Of a DNA stretch of 64,000 bases, positions 18,449 to 27,959 are shown piece after piece. Location: positions 256,001-320,000 of the forward strand of contig JBBRLQ010000004.1 in NCBI GenBank assembly GCA_038231275.1, written 5' to 3'. Below the pieces are notes generated by a model. The model made no database searches. It worked only from the letters and a program-made list of their open reading frames with translations, and was not told where the DNA came from. The DNA comes from Polyangiales bacterium (lineage in GTDB: Bacteria > Myxococcota_A > Polyangia > Polyangiales > Polyangiaceae). How positions within the stretch are numbered: position 1 is the first letter of the stretch; the number at the start of each line of letters is the position of its first letter. A program made the translations under genes and the position numbers.

Positions 18449-21025
18449 TTACGGCTGAACCACGACGATGGCGGTCCCGAAGGCCGCCATTTGTAGCGAA
18501 ATACCGTTCGATCCGAGATCGGCGCCGGTCCTCGTGCCCAGCGCCGCTCCGGTGAGGCCTTCGGTCAGCGTGTACGTCGCCGGCGGCGTCAGCCCGAGCC
18601 GATCGAGCGCGCCAAGCTGGAGATCGACGACGCCCGCGTCGTGTCCGCTGACGACGAAGAGGAAGAGTGGGGCCTTCACTCCACGCGCGCGACGTGCCCA
18701 CGCCGCCTCGCGCAGCCCCTTCGCGCTCACCGCCGGTGCGGCCCCGCCGACGACCATCGCCAGGTGCTGCGCGAGCGCCCGCTTGCGCGTGAGATCTCCG
18801 GTGTCCGCGCCGTAGTACGCGCTGTCGTTGTAGACGCTCGACACGTACCCGCCGAGGAGGGCGCGCGGTGCGCCGTCGCCGGTCACCTCCCACGCGACCA
18901 CGCGTCCGTCGCCGCCAAGCGGCTGGTTTCGCTCGACGATCAGCGGCGTGAACGACGCGGCCTTCGGCGTCCAGAACGTCTCGTACCAATACGTGCGCGT
19001 GGTGCCGGCGCCGCTCGCGAGCTTCTGGTTCGCGTCGCCGCTCCGGAGCCCAACGCCCGGCCACGAATACATCCCGTTCGGATCGGCGTCGAAGAGCGCC
19101 GCGAGCTTCTGGACCTCCGGCGACGCCGTGCCGTCGAGACCCGCCGAGCCGCGATCGAGCAAGAGGATGAGCGTCCCGCCGCCCTCGTGGAACTTCGTGA
19201 GCTTCGCGGCGGTGTCGGCGCCGACGATCTTCGGCAAGAGGAAGAAGACCACCTTGAACGCCGAGAAATCCTGCGTGGTTTGCGCCTCGACGACCTGCGG
19301 GTTCATGCCCGCCTCGTGGAGCCAGCCGAAGAGGCCCGGGTACTCGTTCACGTACATCGCCTGCACGTCGTCGTTGGTTCCGGCTTGCGGCACCGCATAG
19401 CGCGCGTCCTGGACGATCGCGACGGGATCCTCGACTTCGTCGCTCCCCTCGAGCGCGAGCCCCCACGTCGAGAGGAGCGCTCCCCATTTCTTCAGCACGT
19501 CGTACCGCGGGCGCAGCGATCCATCGAGGCCGATCGCCGCCTGGAAATCGTAGTCGGAGCCGTCGAGGTTGAGGCCGCCGCGCATCGTGTAGAAGCTGCC
19601 GCCCTTCATGCCGTGGCCGATCGCCTTCGCGAGGAGCTGATCGGTCGCCTCGGGGCGCACGTTGGGCTTCACGCCGAGGGGGAACGAATAGAAGCCCCCT
19701 TGCAGCTCGGCGCCCCACGCGAAGCGGCCGCCGGTGTCCTTCGTGTAGAGGAGGTTCGAGCCGGCGTAGAGCTTGGTGAAGTAGTCGACCTGGTACGGCT
19801 GATCGGAGACCTCGCCGTTCGTGGGAAATTGCTTGGGGTAGAGGTCGAGGCCGGCGAGGCCGATCTGGTTTTTGGTCTGGCCGTCGTGGACGAGCACGTT
19901 GCGGGTGGGAACGCCGAACGGCGAGTCGTTGGTGAGAAACAGGATCTCGGGCTCGCGAACTCCGCGCGTCTCGAGCATCGCGCGGATGGTCTTCAGGTAG
20001 TCGAGCACGTACGCGAGGCCGGCCTCGTACCAGTCGCGCGCGGCGACATCGTCGGAGACCGCCGAGGGGAGCGCGCTGGGCGGCACCACGTCGGCGAAGG
20101 ACGCATACGTCTTCGCGTACGCGGCATCGAGCGCGGCGATCGTCCCGTAGCGCGCCTCCAGGAACTTTTTGTAGTGGGCGACCGCGACAGGGTTGTAGTC
20201 GACGTCGCCGAAGCGATTGCTCCAGTAGAGGTTGGTCTCGTTGTCGACTTGCACGGCCACGACGCAGCGCCGATCGATGTACTTTCGAACGATCGGCAGC
20301 ACCTGATCGAACCAGTCGGCGACGCCGGAGAGGTAGCGAGGATCGAGGTAGGTCGGCTGCGCCTGCGTCGCGTCGCCCGTCGGCGAGAACGTGAACGTGG
20401 ACCCGTCGGATTTTTTCACGAGCGCGTCGGGGAACGCGTCCTTCCACCACTTGGGCACCGCGCCGTACGTCCCGAAGCCACGCGGCCACTCCGAGGTGAT
20501 GAGCGGGCCTGGCTTGGCGACGATCTTCATCCCCGCGTCGCACGCGATCTGGAAGAATTTGTCGACGTCGCGCGCGCCCTTGAAGTCCCAGACGCCCTGC
20601 ACGTTCGAGTGGTAGTCCCACGGGAGGTACGTGGTGACGAGGTTCATGTGGGCGGCCTTCATCTTGTCGATGGAGTCCTGCCAGAGCGCTTGCGTCTTCG
20701 CGGCGTCGAAGTCGGGATCGCGTACGCGGAAATAGTGGATTTCTCCGCCGTAGAGGAACATCGGCGTGCCGTCGACGACGAGCTGGCCCCCACGGACGAC
20801 GACGGAAGGACCTAGGGCCGCGGCCTCACCGCCGTCGGCCAAGGCATCGGGGACGATCGCACCGTCGCCGGCCTCGACTCCTGACTCGGCGGGCACGAAC
20901 GTCGCCGGCGCGTCGCCGCTGCTGCCGCAGGCGCCGCCCACCATGACCGTGACCGCGACCGCAAAGACCGCGGTCGAAAGCGCGCCGATCCTTGCTACGG
21001 TCTTTCGCTCGATGCGGACGCGCAC
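18449..21025 (-). CDS. GH35-type beta-galactosidase family lipoprotein
   Basis: GGEIHYFRV, MNLVTTYLPW, KPGPLITSEW, QVDNE (acid/base), AELQGG (nucleophile); trimerisation-like domain; lipobox GGAC. Confidence 0.85.
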   Translation of the reverse strand: MRVRIERKTVARIGALSTAVFAVAVTVMVGGACGSSGDAPATFVPAESGVEAGDGAIVPDALADGGEAAALGPSVVVRGGQLVVDGTPMFLYGGEIHYFRVRDPDFDAAKTQALWQDSIDKMKAAHMNLVTTYLPWDYHSNVQGVWDFKGARDVDKFFQIACDAGMKIVAKPGPLITSEWPRGFGTYGAVPKWWKDAFPDALVKKSDGSTFTFSPTGDATQAQPTYLDPRYLSGVADWFDQVLPIVRKYIDRRCVVAVQVDNETNLYWSNRFGDVDYNPVAVAHYKKFLEARYGTIAALDAAYAKTYASFADVVPPSALPSAVSDDVAARDWYEAGLAYVLDYLKTIRAMLETRGVREPEILFLTNDSPFGVPTRNVLVHDGQTKNQIGLAGLDLYPKQFPTNGEVSDQPYQVDYFTKLYAGSNLLYTKDTGGRFAWGAELQGGFYSFPLGVKPNVRPEATDQLLAKAIGHGMKGGSFYTMRGGLNLDGSDYDFQAAIGLDGSLRPRYDVLKKWGALLSTWGLALEGSDEVEDPVAIVQDARYAVPQAGTNDDVQAMYVNEYPGLFGWLHEAGMNPQVVEAQTTQDFSAFKVVFFLLPKIVGADTAAKLTKFHEGGGTLILLLDRGSAGLDGTASPEVQKLAALFDADPNGMYSWPGVGLRSGDANQKLASGAGTTRTYWYETFWTPKAASFTPLIVERNQPLGGDGRVVAWEVTGDGAPRALLGGYVSSVYNDSAYYGADTGDLTRKRALAQHLAMVVGGAAPAVSAKGLREAAWARRARGVKAPLFLFVVSGHDAGVVDLQLGALDRLGLTPPATYTLTEGLTGAALGTRTGADLGSNGISLQMAAFGTAIVVVQP

Positions 21026-23015
21026 GGTAAGAGAGAGGATAGCGCCGGCCGGCCTCTGCGTCGCCCTGGCCGCGGCGATCGTCAGCGACGCGCGCGCGCA
21101 AGCTCCAACGACCGGGCTGGTTCCGTCGTCGCCTTTCGACGTAGACGCGCAGATGGCGCTCCATGCCGATCCGGTCGCGAGCTACGTGCTCCGCGCGACG
21201 CTCGATCCGGTGGCGCACACGGTCCACGGCGACGGGACCCTCACGTGGCGCAACACGAGCAACGCGCCCGTGCACGAGATCTGGCTCCACCTCTATTTGA
21301 ACGCCTTCAAGAACGAGCGCAGCGTCTTCCTGCGCACGCCCCTTTCCGGCGGGCGCGGCGTCGGAAGGCCGACCGACTGGGGCTACGTCGACGTGCGCAG
21401 GCTCGCACTGCGAGATCTCGACGGGGCGTCGGCGATCGACCTCGCGCCGCAGATTCAGCTCTCGCGCCCCAACGATCCCGACGAGACCGACGCGCGCGTC
21501 CCCCTCCCGCGCGACGTCGCGCCGGGCGAGACGATCGCGCTCGACATGGTGTGGGACTCCAAGCTCCCCAGCGTGCTCGAGCGCACCGGGTATAGCGGGA
21601 GCTTCCACTTCGTTGCGCAGTGGTTCCCGAAGATCGCGCGCCTCGAGCCGGACGGCCGCTGGGCGCATTTCCCGTTCTACCGTTTGAGCGAATTTTACGC
21701 CGATTTCGGTACCTACGACGTCACCCTCGACGTGCCGCAGTCGTTCACGATCGGCGCCACTGGACCGATGATCGAGTCGCGCATCGACAAGGGACGGCGC
21801 ATCGAGCGCCACGTGCAGACCGACATCCACGACTTCGCGTGGACGGCGTGGGATCAGTGGCAGACGACGGTCGACACCATCGACGGGGTCCAGGTCACCC
21901 TCCTCTATCCTCCCGGCTACCGCGTCGACGCCAAGCGCGAGCTCGACGCGCTGCGCTTCGTGATGCCGTACTTCGACCAGCGGTACGGCCGCTACCCGTA
22001 CCCGGTGCTCACCGTCGTGCACCCGCCGTTCACCGCGGCCGAGGCGGGCGGCATGGAATACCCGACGCTCATCACGACCGGCGGCCCCTGGTATGGCCCG
22101 CCGGGAATCCTCGGGCCTGAGCTCGTGACGGTCCACGAATACGGGCATCAGTATTTCTACGGCCTCATCGCGACCAACGAGCACGACTGGCCGTTCCTCG
22201 ACGAGGGCCTCAATTCGTTCGCCGAACAGGACGCGATGGCGAAATGGCGCGGCGCCGGCAGCGCGGCCGAGCTCCTCGGCTTCGCGTTCAGCGACGGCGT
22301 GCTGCAAGGCGCGATCAGCAACCTCTCCGTCCACGACGAGCGCGTCGCGCAGCCGGCCGCTGATTTCACGAGCGGCGGAGGCTACGCCGGCCTCGTCTAC
22401 TTCCGCACCGGCGCGATCATGGAGACGATGCGCCGCGTGTACGGCGACGAGCCTGTCGCCCGCGCCCTCGGCCGTTACGCGCGCAAAGGGCGCTTCATGC
22501 ACCCGGTCCCCGACGATCTCCTCGCCACCTTCGCCGAAGTGCTCGGCCCGCCCGCCGCCGCGACATTGCACGCCGCGTACTTCGAGAAGGGCTGGGTCGA
22601 CTACGTCGTCGCCGACGTGAGATCGCACGCCGTGCACGACGCGACGGGAGTCTTCGATCGCGACGGCAAGCGCGAGACGGTGCGCGAGGGCAAGGCGGCC
22701 GGCGCCTTCGAAGGATGGGCGCTCGTCACGCGACGCGGCACGCTGAGCTTCCCCGTCGACATCGAGCTCGTCCTCGAGGACGGCACGACGCAGCGCGTGC
22801 GGTGGGACGGCCAGGGCGACTCGATACGTGTACCTTACACGGGTGCGTCGGCGCTCCGGGCGGCGGTCGTCGATCCCGATGACCTCGTCCTCGTCGATCA
22901 GCAGCGCACCAACAACTTCGCGGCCGCCGCCTCCGGGAGCCGCGGGAGCACCTCGCGGACGACGGAGAAGCTCGTCTACTGGACCGAGCTGGTGCTCCAG
23001 GCGGTGCTGCCGTGA
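21012..23015 (+). CDS. M1-family zinc aminopeptidase
   Basis: GGMEYP, HEYGH...LDEG (HExxH-x18-E), QWFPK; start re-assigned to ATG 21012. Confidence 0.9.
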   Translation: MRTRTVRERIAPAGLCVALAAAIVSDARAQAPTTGLVPSSPFDVDAQMALHADPVASYVLRATLDPVAHTVHGDGTLTWRNTSNAPVHEIWLHLYLNAFKNERSVFLRTPLSGGRGVGRPTDWGYVDVRRLALRDLDGASAIDLAPQIQLSRPNDPDETDARVPLPRDVAPGETIALDMVWDSKLPSVLERTGYSGSFHFVAQWFPKIARLEPDGRWAHFPFYRLSEFYADFGTYDVTLDVPQSFTIGATGPMIESRIDKGRRIERHVQTDIHDFAWTAWDQWQTTVDTIDGVQVTLLYPPGYRVDAKRELDALRFVMPYFDQRYGRYPYPVLTVVHPPFTAAEAGGMEYPTLITTGGPWYGPPGILGPELVTVHEYGHQYFYGLIATNEHDWPFLDEGLNSFAEQDAMAKWRGAGSAAELLGFAFSDGVLQGAISNLSVHDERVAQPAADFTSGGGYAGLVYFRTGAIMETMRRVYGDEPVARALGRYARKGRFMHPVPDDLLATFAEVLGPPAAATLHAAYFEKGWVDYVVADVRSHAVHDATGVFDRDGKRETVREGKAAGAFEGWALVTRRGTLSFPVDIELVLEDGTTQRVRWDGQGDSIRVPYTGASALRAAVVDPDDLVLVDQQRTNNFAAAASGSRGSTSRTTEKLVYWTELVLQAVLP

Positions 23016-23980
23016 CGCTGCCGGCGACCGAGGTGACGAGCGCGGCGGAGACGGACGAGGCGGCCGAGAAGCCCGAGAAGCTCGATCCGCAGCGCCTCGT
23101 GCTGCTCGCGAACGCGTCGATGCGCGCGCGCCGGCGTCCGCTCGCGGTCGTCCTCGTGTGGGGGTACGAGCTGCTCCTCGCGGCGACGATCGCGTGGCCC
23201 GCGGCGAGCTACGTGAACGGCGTGTACGGCGCGCATCCCATGGGCGATGCACCGCTGTTCCGGCCCGGAGGCCTCGCGCTGGCCGATCTGGCGGTGCGCG
23301 CGCGCCCGGTGATGGCCGCCCTCTCCGCGCACGCGTCGCCGCTCTTCGCGGTGGGGGCGGTGCTCGGCCTGATTCCGCTGGCGCTCCTCATCGTGCAGAT
23401 CGCCCACGCGACGCCGGCGCGAAAGTCTCCGCCGCTGGGAGCTTCGCTCGCGCGCGCGTGGAGCGTTTTCCCGCGGTTCTTCGCGCTGATGATCGCCTCG
23501 GCGTTCGTGCAGGGACTGCTCTTGATCGCGGGCATGTTGGCGGCGAGCGCGACGGCGGGCGGCACGACGCGGAGCATGGGCGAGGCGCGCGCACAGCAGC
23601 TGGGGTTCGTCGTCTTCGCGGTTTTCCTGCTCCTCACGGCGACTGCGGGCGTCCTCCACGACGTCGCGCGGACGGCGGCGGTGCGCTTCGACGTCGGCGT
23701 GCTGCGCGCGGTGCGCCTCGCGAGCAACGCCCTCCGCCGCGGGTTTCTCGCCCTCATGTGGTCATGGGGATGGCGCGCCGCGATCGGCCTCGTCCCGATC
23801 GCGATCGCTGCGGCCCTCTCCGCCAAGCTCGCCGGCCGCGGCGTCACCGCCCTCTGGGCCATGGCCGCGATCCACCAGCTCGTCATCCTCGCCCGCGTCG
23901 CCCTCCGCGCGTCGTGGCTCGCGAAGGCGCTGCGCGTCGTCGACCACGCGCACCACGTGACGCGCTCGAAGACGGACTGA
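23012..23980 (+). CDS. Integral membrane protein, coupled to the M1 peptidase
   Basis: About 6 hydrophobic segments; GTGA overlap with the peptidase stop. Confidence 0.7.
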   Translation: MTLPATEVTSAAETDEAAEKPEKLDPQRLVLLANASMRARRRPLAVVLVWGYELLLAATIAWPAASYVNGVYGAHPMGDAPLFRPGGLALADLAVRARPVMAALSAHASPLFAVGAVLGLIPLALLIVQIAHATPARKSPPLGASLARAWSVFPRFFALMIASAFVQGLLLIAGMLAASATAGGTTRSMGEARAQQLGFVVFAVFLLLTATAGVLHDVARTAAVRFDVGVLRAVRLASNALRRGFLALMWSWGWRAAIGLVPIAIAAALSAKLAGRGVTALWAMAAIHQLVILARVALRASWLAKALRVVDHAHHVTRSKTD

Positions 23981-23984
23981 CCGT

Positions 23985-25430
23985 CTAGCGCGCGCGGTAG
24001 AGTTGCTCGTACTGGCGCGCGGGGCGTTCCCAGCCGCGGTCGAGGCGCATGACGCGGCGGACCAGCTGGGGCCAGCGCGGGGAGGCGTGGGCAGCGATGC
24101 CGCGCTCGGCGGCGCCGAGGAGCGCGTCGACCGTGTCCTCCTGGAAGAGGAAGCCGGTGCCGGTCTCGAGCTTCGCGTCGCAGTCGACGACCGTATCGAC
24201 CAGGCCGCCGGTGGCGCGCGCGACGGGCAGCGCGCCGTACCGGTGCGCGTAGAGTTGGACGAGTCCGCACGGCTCGAAGCGGCTCGGCACGAGCACGAGA
24301 TCGGCGGCGGCGAACGCGCGGTGCACGAGCTGCTCGCTGGCGGCGCGCACGAAGACCGCGCGGCCGTCGCTCTTCTTCGCCGCGCCTTCGAGCGAGGCGG
24401 CGAGCGCGTCGTCCCCGTCGCCGCAGACGACGATCTGCGCGTCGCTCGCGCGGAGGATGCGGCCCATGACGCCCGCGACGAGATCCGTTCCCTTTTGCTC
24501 CACGAGGCGGCCCACGCTGAGGAGGATCGGCGCGGCGGTGTCGAGCGGGAGGCCGAGCTCGCGCTGCAGAGCGCCGCGGCAGCGCGCTTTGTTCGTCGCG
24601 TCCTCGGCGTCGTAGCGCGCGGCGAGGGCGGCGTCGGTCGCGGGGTTCCACACCGCGTTGTCCACTCCGTTGGTGATGCCGACGAGCGTGGCGCCGCGCG
24701 CCGCGAGGACGCCCTCGAGCCCGTGCCCCTGCGTGGCAGCGATCTCGCGCGCGTAGGTCGGGCTCACGGTGGTCACGACGTCGGCGGTCACGATGCCGAG
24801 CTTCAGGATGTTGGCCTTGCCGTAGAACTCCATCCCCTCCATCGTGAAGTGCTCCCAGCCGAGGCCGAGGGTCGGCACCACGTCGCGCGGGAAGACCCCC
24901 TGATGCGCGACGTTGTGAACGGTGAGGACGGTGCGCGTCGCCGCAAGCGCAGGCACCGAAGCCATCGCCGCATTCTTGTAGACGGGCACCAGCGCTGCCG
25001 GCCAGTCGTTGCAGTGGATGACGTCGTACGGCGCTCCGGCGAGGGCGCGCGCCTTCGCGATCTCGACCGCGACCTTCGAGAAGAGCGCGAACCGGAGCGC
25101 GTTGTCGGCGAAGTCTTCGTTGCCTTTTCCGTAGACGCCGCCGCGGTCGTACATGCCGGGCACGTCGACGAGGACGAGATCCACCTGCGACGGCAGCCGT
25201 CCGTCGTAGACCGTTGCCTGGAAATCTTTACCGCCCATCTCGATCGGGATCGGCGTCAGGCGACGGGCGACGAGGAGGCCGGAGGCCTCGAACTCGGGGA
25301 AGCGCGGCGCGACGATCGTGACCTTGTGCCCGAGGCCCCGGAGGGCTTTCGGCAGCGCGGCGGCGACGTCGGCCAGCCCGCCCACCTTCACGAACGGCGC
25401 TAGCTCGGTCGAAACGAAGAGGATCTCCAC
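23985..25430 (-). CDS. glgA: Glycogen synthase (GT5)
   Basis: KVGGLADV, IHCNDW, TVHNVAHQG, PSRFEPCGL, TGGLVDTV. Confidence 0.95.
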   Translation of the reverse strand: MEILFVSTELAPFVKVGGLADVAAALPKALRGLGHKVTIVAPRFPEFEASGLLVARRLTPIPIEMGGKDFQATVYDGRLPSQVDLVLVDVPGMYDRGGVYGKGNEDFADNALRFALFSKVAVEIAKARALAGAPYDVIHCNDWPAALVPVYKNAAMASVPALAATRTVLTVHNVAHQGVFPRDVVPTLGLGWEHFTMEGMEFYGKANILKLGIVTADVVTTVSPTYAREIAATQGHGLEGVLAARGATLVGITNGVDNAVWNPATDAALAARYDAEDATNKARCRGALQRELGLPLDTAAPILLSVGRLVEQKGTDLVAGVMGRILRASDAQIVVCGDGDDALAASLEGAAKKSDGRAVFVRAASEQLVHRAFAAADLVLVPSRFEPCGLVQLYAHRYGALPVARATGGLVDTVVDCDAKLETGTGFLFQEDTVDALLGAAERGIAAHASPRWPQLVRRVMRLDRGWERPARQYEQLYRAR

Positions 25431-25479
25431 GGGGCCGGTCTAGTAGCACGAGGGGCCCGCACAAAGTATCTAGACGTGT

Positions 25480-26553
25480 GTGACCCGGGTTCGTGGCACG
25501 GAACGGCTGGATTTGGTTCGCCCCGAGGGGGTGGCGGAGGGGTCCGTCGTCAGCATCTTTCGGGTGCCCCCCGAGGTCGATGGGCAGCGGCTCGACGTCT
25601 TCCTGCGCGATCAGCTGAAGCGCACGAGTCGTACTCGGACGCAGTGGATCATCCGCGTGAGCGCCTACGGCGAAGACGGACGGCGCCTCAAGCCCAACGA
25701 TCGCGTCCGGAGCGAGCAGCAGGTCTTCCTGTGGCGCGCGCCGTGGGACGAGGATCCGGTGCCGACCAACATCGACGTGCTCTACGAGGACGACGATCTG
25801 CTCGCGGTCGACAAGCCCGCCAACCTGCCGGTCCATCCCAGCGCGCGTTACCACAAGAACACGCTCATCAAGCTCCTCCACGCCCAGCGCCCCGGCGAGT
25901 TCTTGTCGCTCGGTCACAGGCTCGATCGCGAGACGAGCGGCGTGCTCCTCGTGTCGAAAACGCCGGAGTGCGATCGCGCGCTGAAGCGCATCTTCGAGCT
26001 GCGCGACGACGTCGAGAAGACGTACACGGCGATCACGTGGGGCGTGCCCGACGACGGCTCGGGGGAGATGGAGATGCGCGTCGCGCGGAGCATGGAGCTC
26101 GACAAGACCAACGCGTTCCGCGTGAAGATGCGCCTCTCCGACGGCCCCGACGCGCTCACCGCGGCGACGCGCTTCGAGGTCCTCGCGGTGGCGCGCCCGA
26201 CGCGGCCGGCAAGCGAGGGCCACGAGGGACGCGCGGGGCAGGTCTATGCGCGCGTGCGCTGCGAGCTCGAGACAGGGCGCCAACACCAGATCCGCGTCCA
26301 CCTCGCGTTCGCGATGGGGACGCCGATCGTCGGCGACAAGCTGTACGGCCCCGACGAGGAGCTCTTCGCGCGCGGCGTCGACGGCGAGCTCACCCCGGCC
26401 GACGTCGCACTCCTCGAGCTCCCGCGCCACGCGCTCCACGCCACGCGCCTCGCGCTCACGCATCCGATGACGGGCCGCCGACTCGAGATCAACGCGCCCA
26501 TCCCCGCCGATCTCGACGCGTTCTGGACCGCGTGCGAACAGAGGTCGTCGTAG
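25480..26553 (+). CDS. RluA/RluD-family pseudouridine synthase with S4-like domain
   Basis: RLDVFL, VDKPANLPVHP, HRLDRETSG, LETGRQHQIRVHL, IVGDKLYG, LHA. Confidence 0.95.
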   Translation: MTRVRGTERLDLVRPEGVAEGSVVSIFRVPPEVDGQRLDVFLRDQLKRTSRTRTQWIIRVSAYGEDGRRLKPNDRVRSEQQVFLWRAPWDEDPVPTNIDVLYEDDDLLAVDKPANLPVHPSARYHKNTLIKLLHAQRPGEFLSLGHRLDRETSGVLLVSKTPECDRALKRIFELRDDVEKTYTAITWGVPDDGSGEMEMRVARSMELDKTNAFRVKMRLSDGPDALTAATRFEVLAVARPTRPASEGHEGRAGQVYARVRCELETGRQHQIRVHLAFAMGTPIVGDKLYGPDEELFARGVDGELTPADVALLELPRHALHATRLALTHPMTGRRLEINAPIPADLDAFWTACEQRSS

Positions 26554-26562
26554 TCGAATCGA

Positions 26563-27438
26563 CTACGGACAGTCGTTCGCGGCGCCCGGCGTACCGAGAT
26601 CGGAGCCGGCGGTCCACGCCTTCGACGCGAGGCACCACCCCGCGGAGCCACCCGCCTGCGCGCCACTCGTCGCTTTGAGCTCGACGCTGTGACCACCCGG
26701 CGACGACTGGTTGTACCAACCGCCGTACGGCGCCTGCGCGATCTGCGTCGCGCCGTCCATGAGCATCAAGCTCCCCGACGAAGCGTTGGCCAGCAGGATG
26801 CCCTCCGTCGACGTCAGCCCCGTGCCGTACTCGTAAACGATCTTCGCCGCGGGGACCTTCGCGGCGGTCGCCGCCGACGTGTTCCTCGCGAGGACGACGT
26901 ACGCGCCCGCCGGGATGACGAGACTCGCGCCGCCGATCGTGTGCGTGCGCGCCGCGCCGTCGTGAAAGACGAGGCCGGTGAGGAGCTTGTCCTTCGCCGT
27001 GGTGTTGAAGAGCTCGATCCACTCGTTGTCGGGCTCGGTGCCCGACGGGTCGTACATGACCTCGCTCACGATGACCTCGCCGGCGGCGGGCTTCGTCACG
27101 CCGGGGGGCGGGGGCGGGGGTGGCGGCGGCGGCGGCGCGGAATCGGCTGCGCCCCCTCCTGCGTCCGAAGGCGGCGGCGGCGGAGGAGGCGACGGCGGTG
27201 GCGAATTGTCGCCCGATCCCGACGCGTCGGGTCCGCCATCGACGTTTCCATTCATGACGTGTCCGCCGTCTCCCGAGCCGCCCGTCGTGGACGCGCCCGC
27301 GTCGGGGTCGCTCGTGAGACCGGGGTCGTCGAACGAAGGGGCCACCGCGCAGCCGGCAATGGCGCCGACCGACAGTACGCTCCAGATCCAAGTACGCACG
27401 GCGCAGCTCACGTTCCGACAAACGTTCGCGTTGGGCAT
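26563..27438 (-). CDS. Lamin-tail-domain lipoprotein with poly-Pro linker
   Basis: Lipobox IAGC; poly-Pro tracts; VIVSEVMYDP...EWIELFN and terminal GTPGAAN typical of LTD. Confidence 0.8.
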   Translation of the reverse strand: MPNANVCRNVSCAVRTWIWSVLSVGAIAGCAVAPSFDDPGLTSDPDAGASTTGGSGDGGHVMNGNVDGGPDASGSGDNSPPPSPPPPPPPSDAGGGAADSAPPPPPPPPPPPGVTKPAAGEVIVSEVMYDPSGTEPDNEWIELFNTTAKDKLLTGLVFHDGAARTHTIGGASLVIPAGAYVVLARNTSAATAAKVPAAKIVYEYGTGLTSTEGILLANASSGSLMLMDGATQIAQAPYGGWYNQSSPGGHSVELKATSGAQAGGSAGWCLASKAWTAGSDLGTPGAANDCP

Positions 27439-27608
27439 GGGACTCCGGACCGCTATATGAGCCTCGCCTCACAAAATCGCAACGCGCTTCGAAAGCGCTG
27501 TCGAACGATTACCGTGAGCGTGAATCTTTGCAGGCCGAACGGCCGCGCTGGTGCCATTTCCGCGGGCGATTTCAGCGTCTCCGCCGCGTCGCGGACGCGC
27601 CGAAGCTC

Positions 27609-27920
27609 TCAGAGACCGCGGGGCACTTTGTCGAGGTCGAGCTGATCCAACGCCGCACGGATGAGCGCGCTGCGGTTCGCCTTCGTCACGCCGCGCGCCT
27701 TCAGCTCGTCGACGAGCCGGTCGAGGCGATCGAGGTCCTTCGTGTACATCGAGATGCAGATCACCTTGTAGTGCGTCGGCTTCTCGGTCCCTGCTTTCGG
27801 TGACGGCTTCGGGGTCTCGCCGCGCGGCGTGTAGAACGTGCCGGAGAGCACGCCCTGCACCTCGTCGCCGTCGAGCACACGAGCCGCACCGAGCCCTGCT
27901 CCATCATCACGCGCCGCCAT
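27609..27920 (-). CDS. Small ribbon-helix-helix (CopG/ParG-like) DNA-binding protein
   Basis: Flexible N-terminus, then beta strand YKVICISMY, helix DLDRLDRLVDELKARG, helix NRSALIRAALDQL; GGAGG RBS; directly downstream of ParA. Confidence 0.7.
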   Translation of the reverse strand: MAARDDGAGLGAARVLDGDEVQGVLSGTFYTPRGETPKPSPKAGTEKPTHYKVICISMYTKDLDRLDRLVDELKARGVTKANRSALIRAALDQLDLDKVPRGL

Positions 27921-27959
27921 CGTTTCCTCCGCGATTCGTCAGGTTCGAAGTTTTCGTCG

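Noticed and set aside
27439-27608. Centromere-like (parC/parH) repeat array for the ParA/RHH pair
   Set aside because: No iterated short repeats here or at 29301-29389; only a small GCGCTT/AAGCGC hairpin
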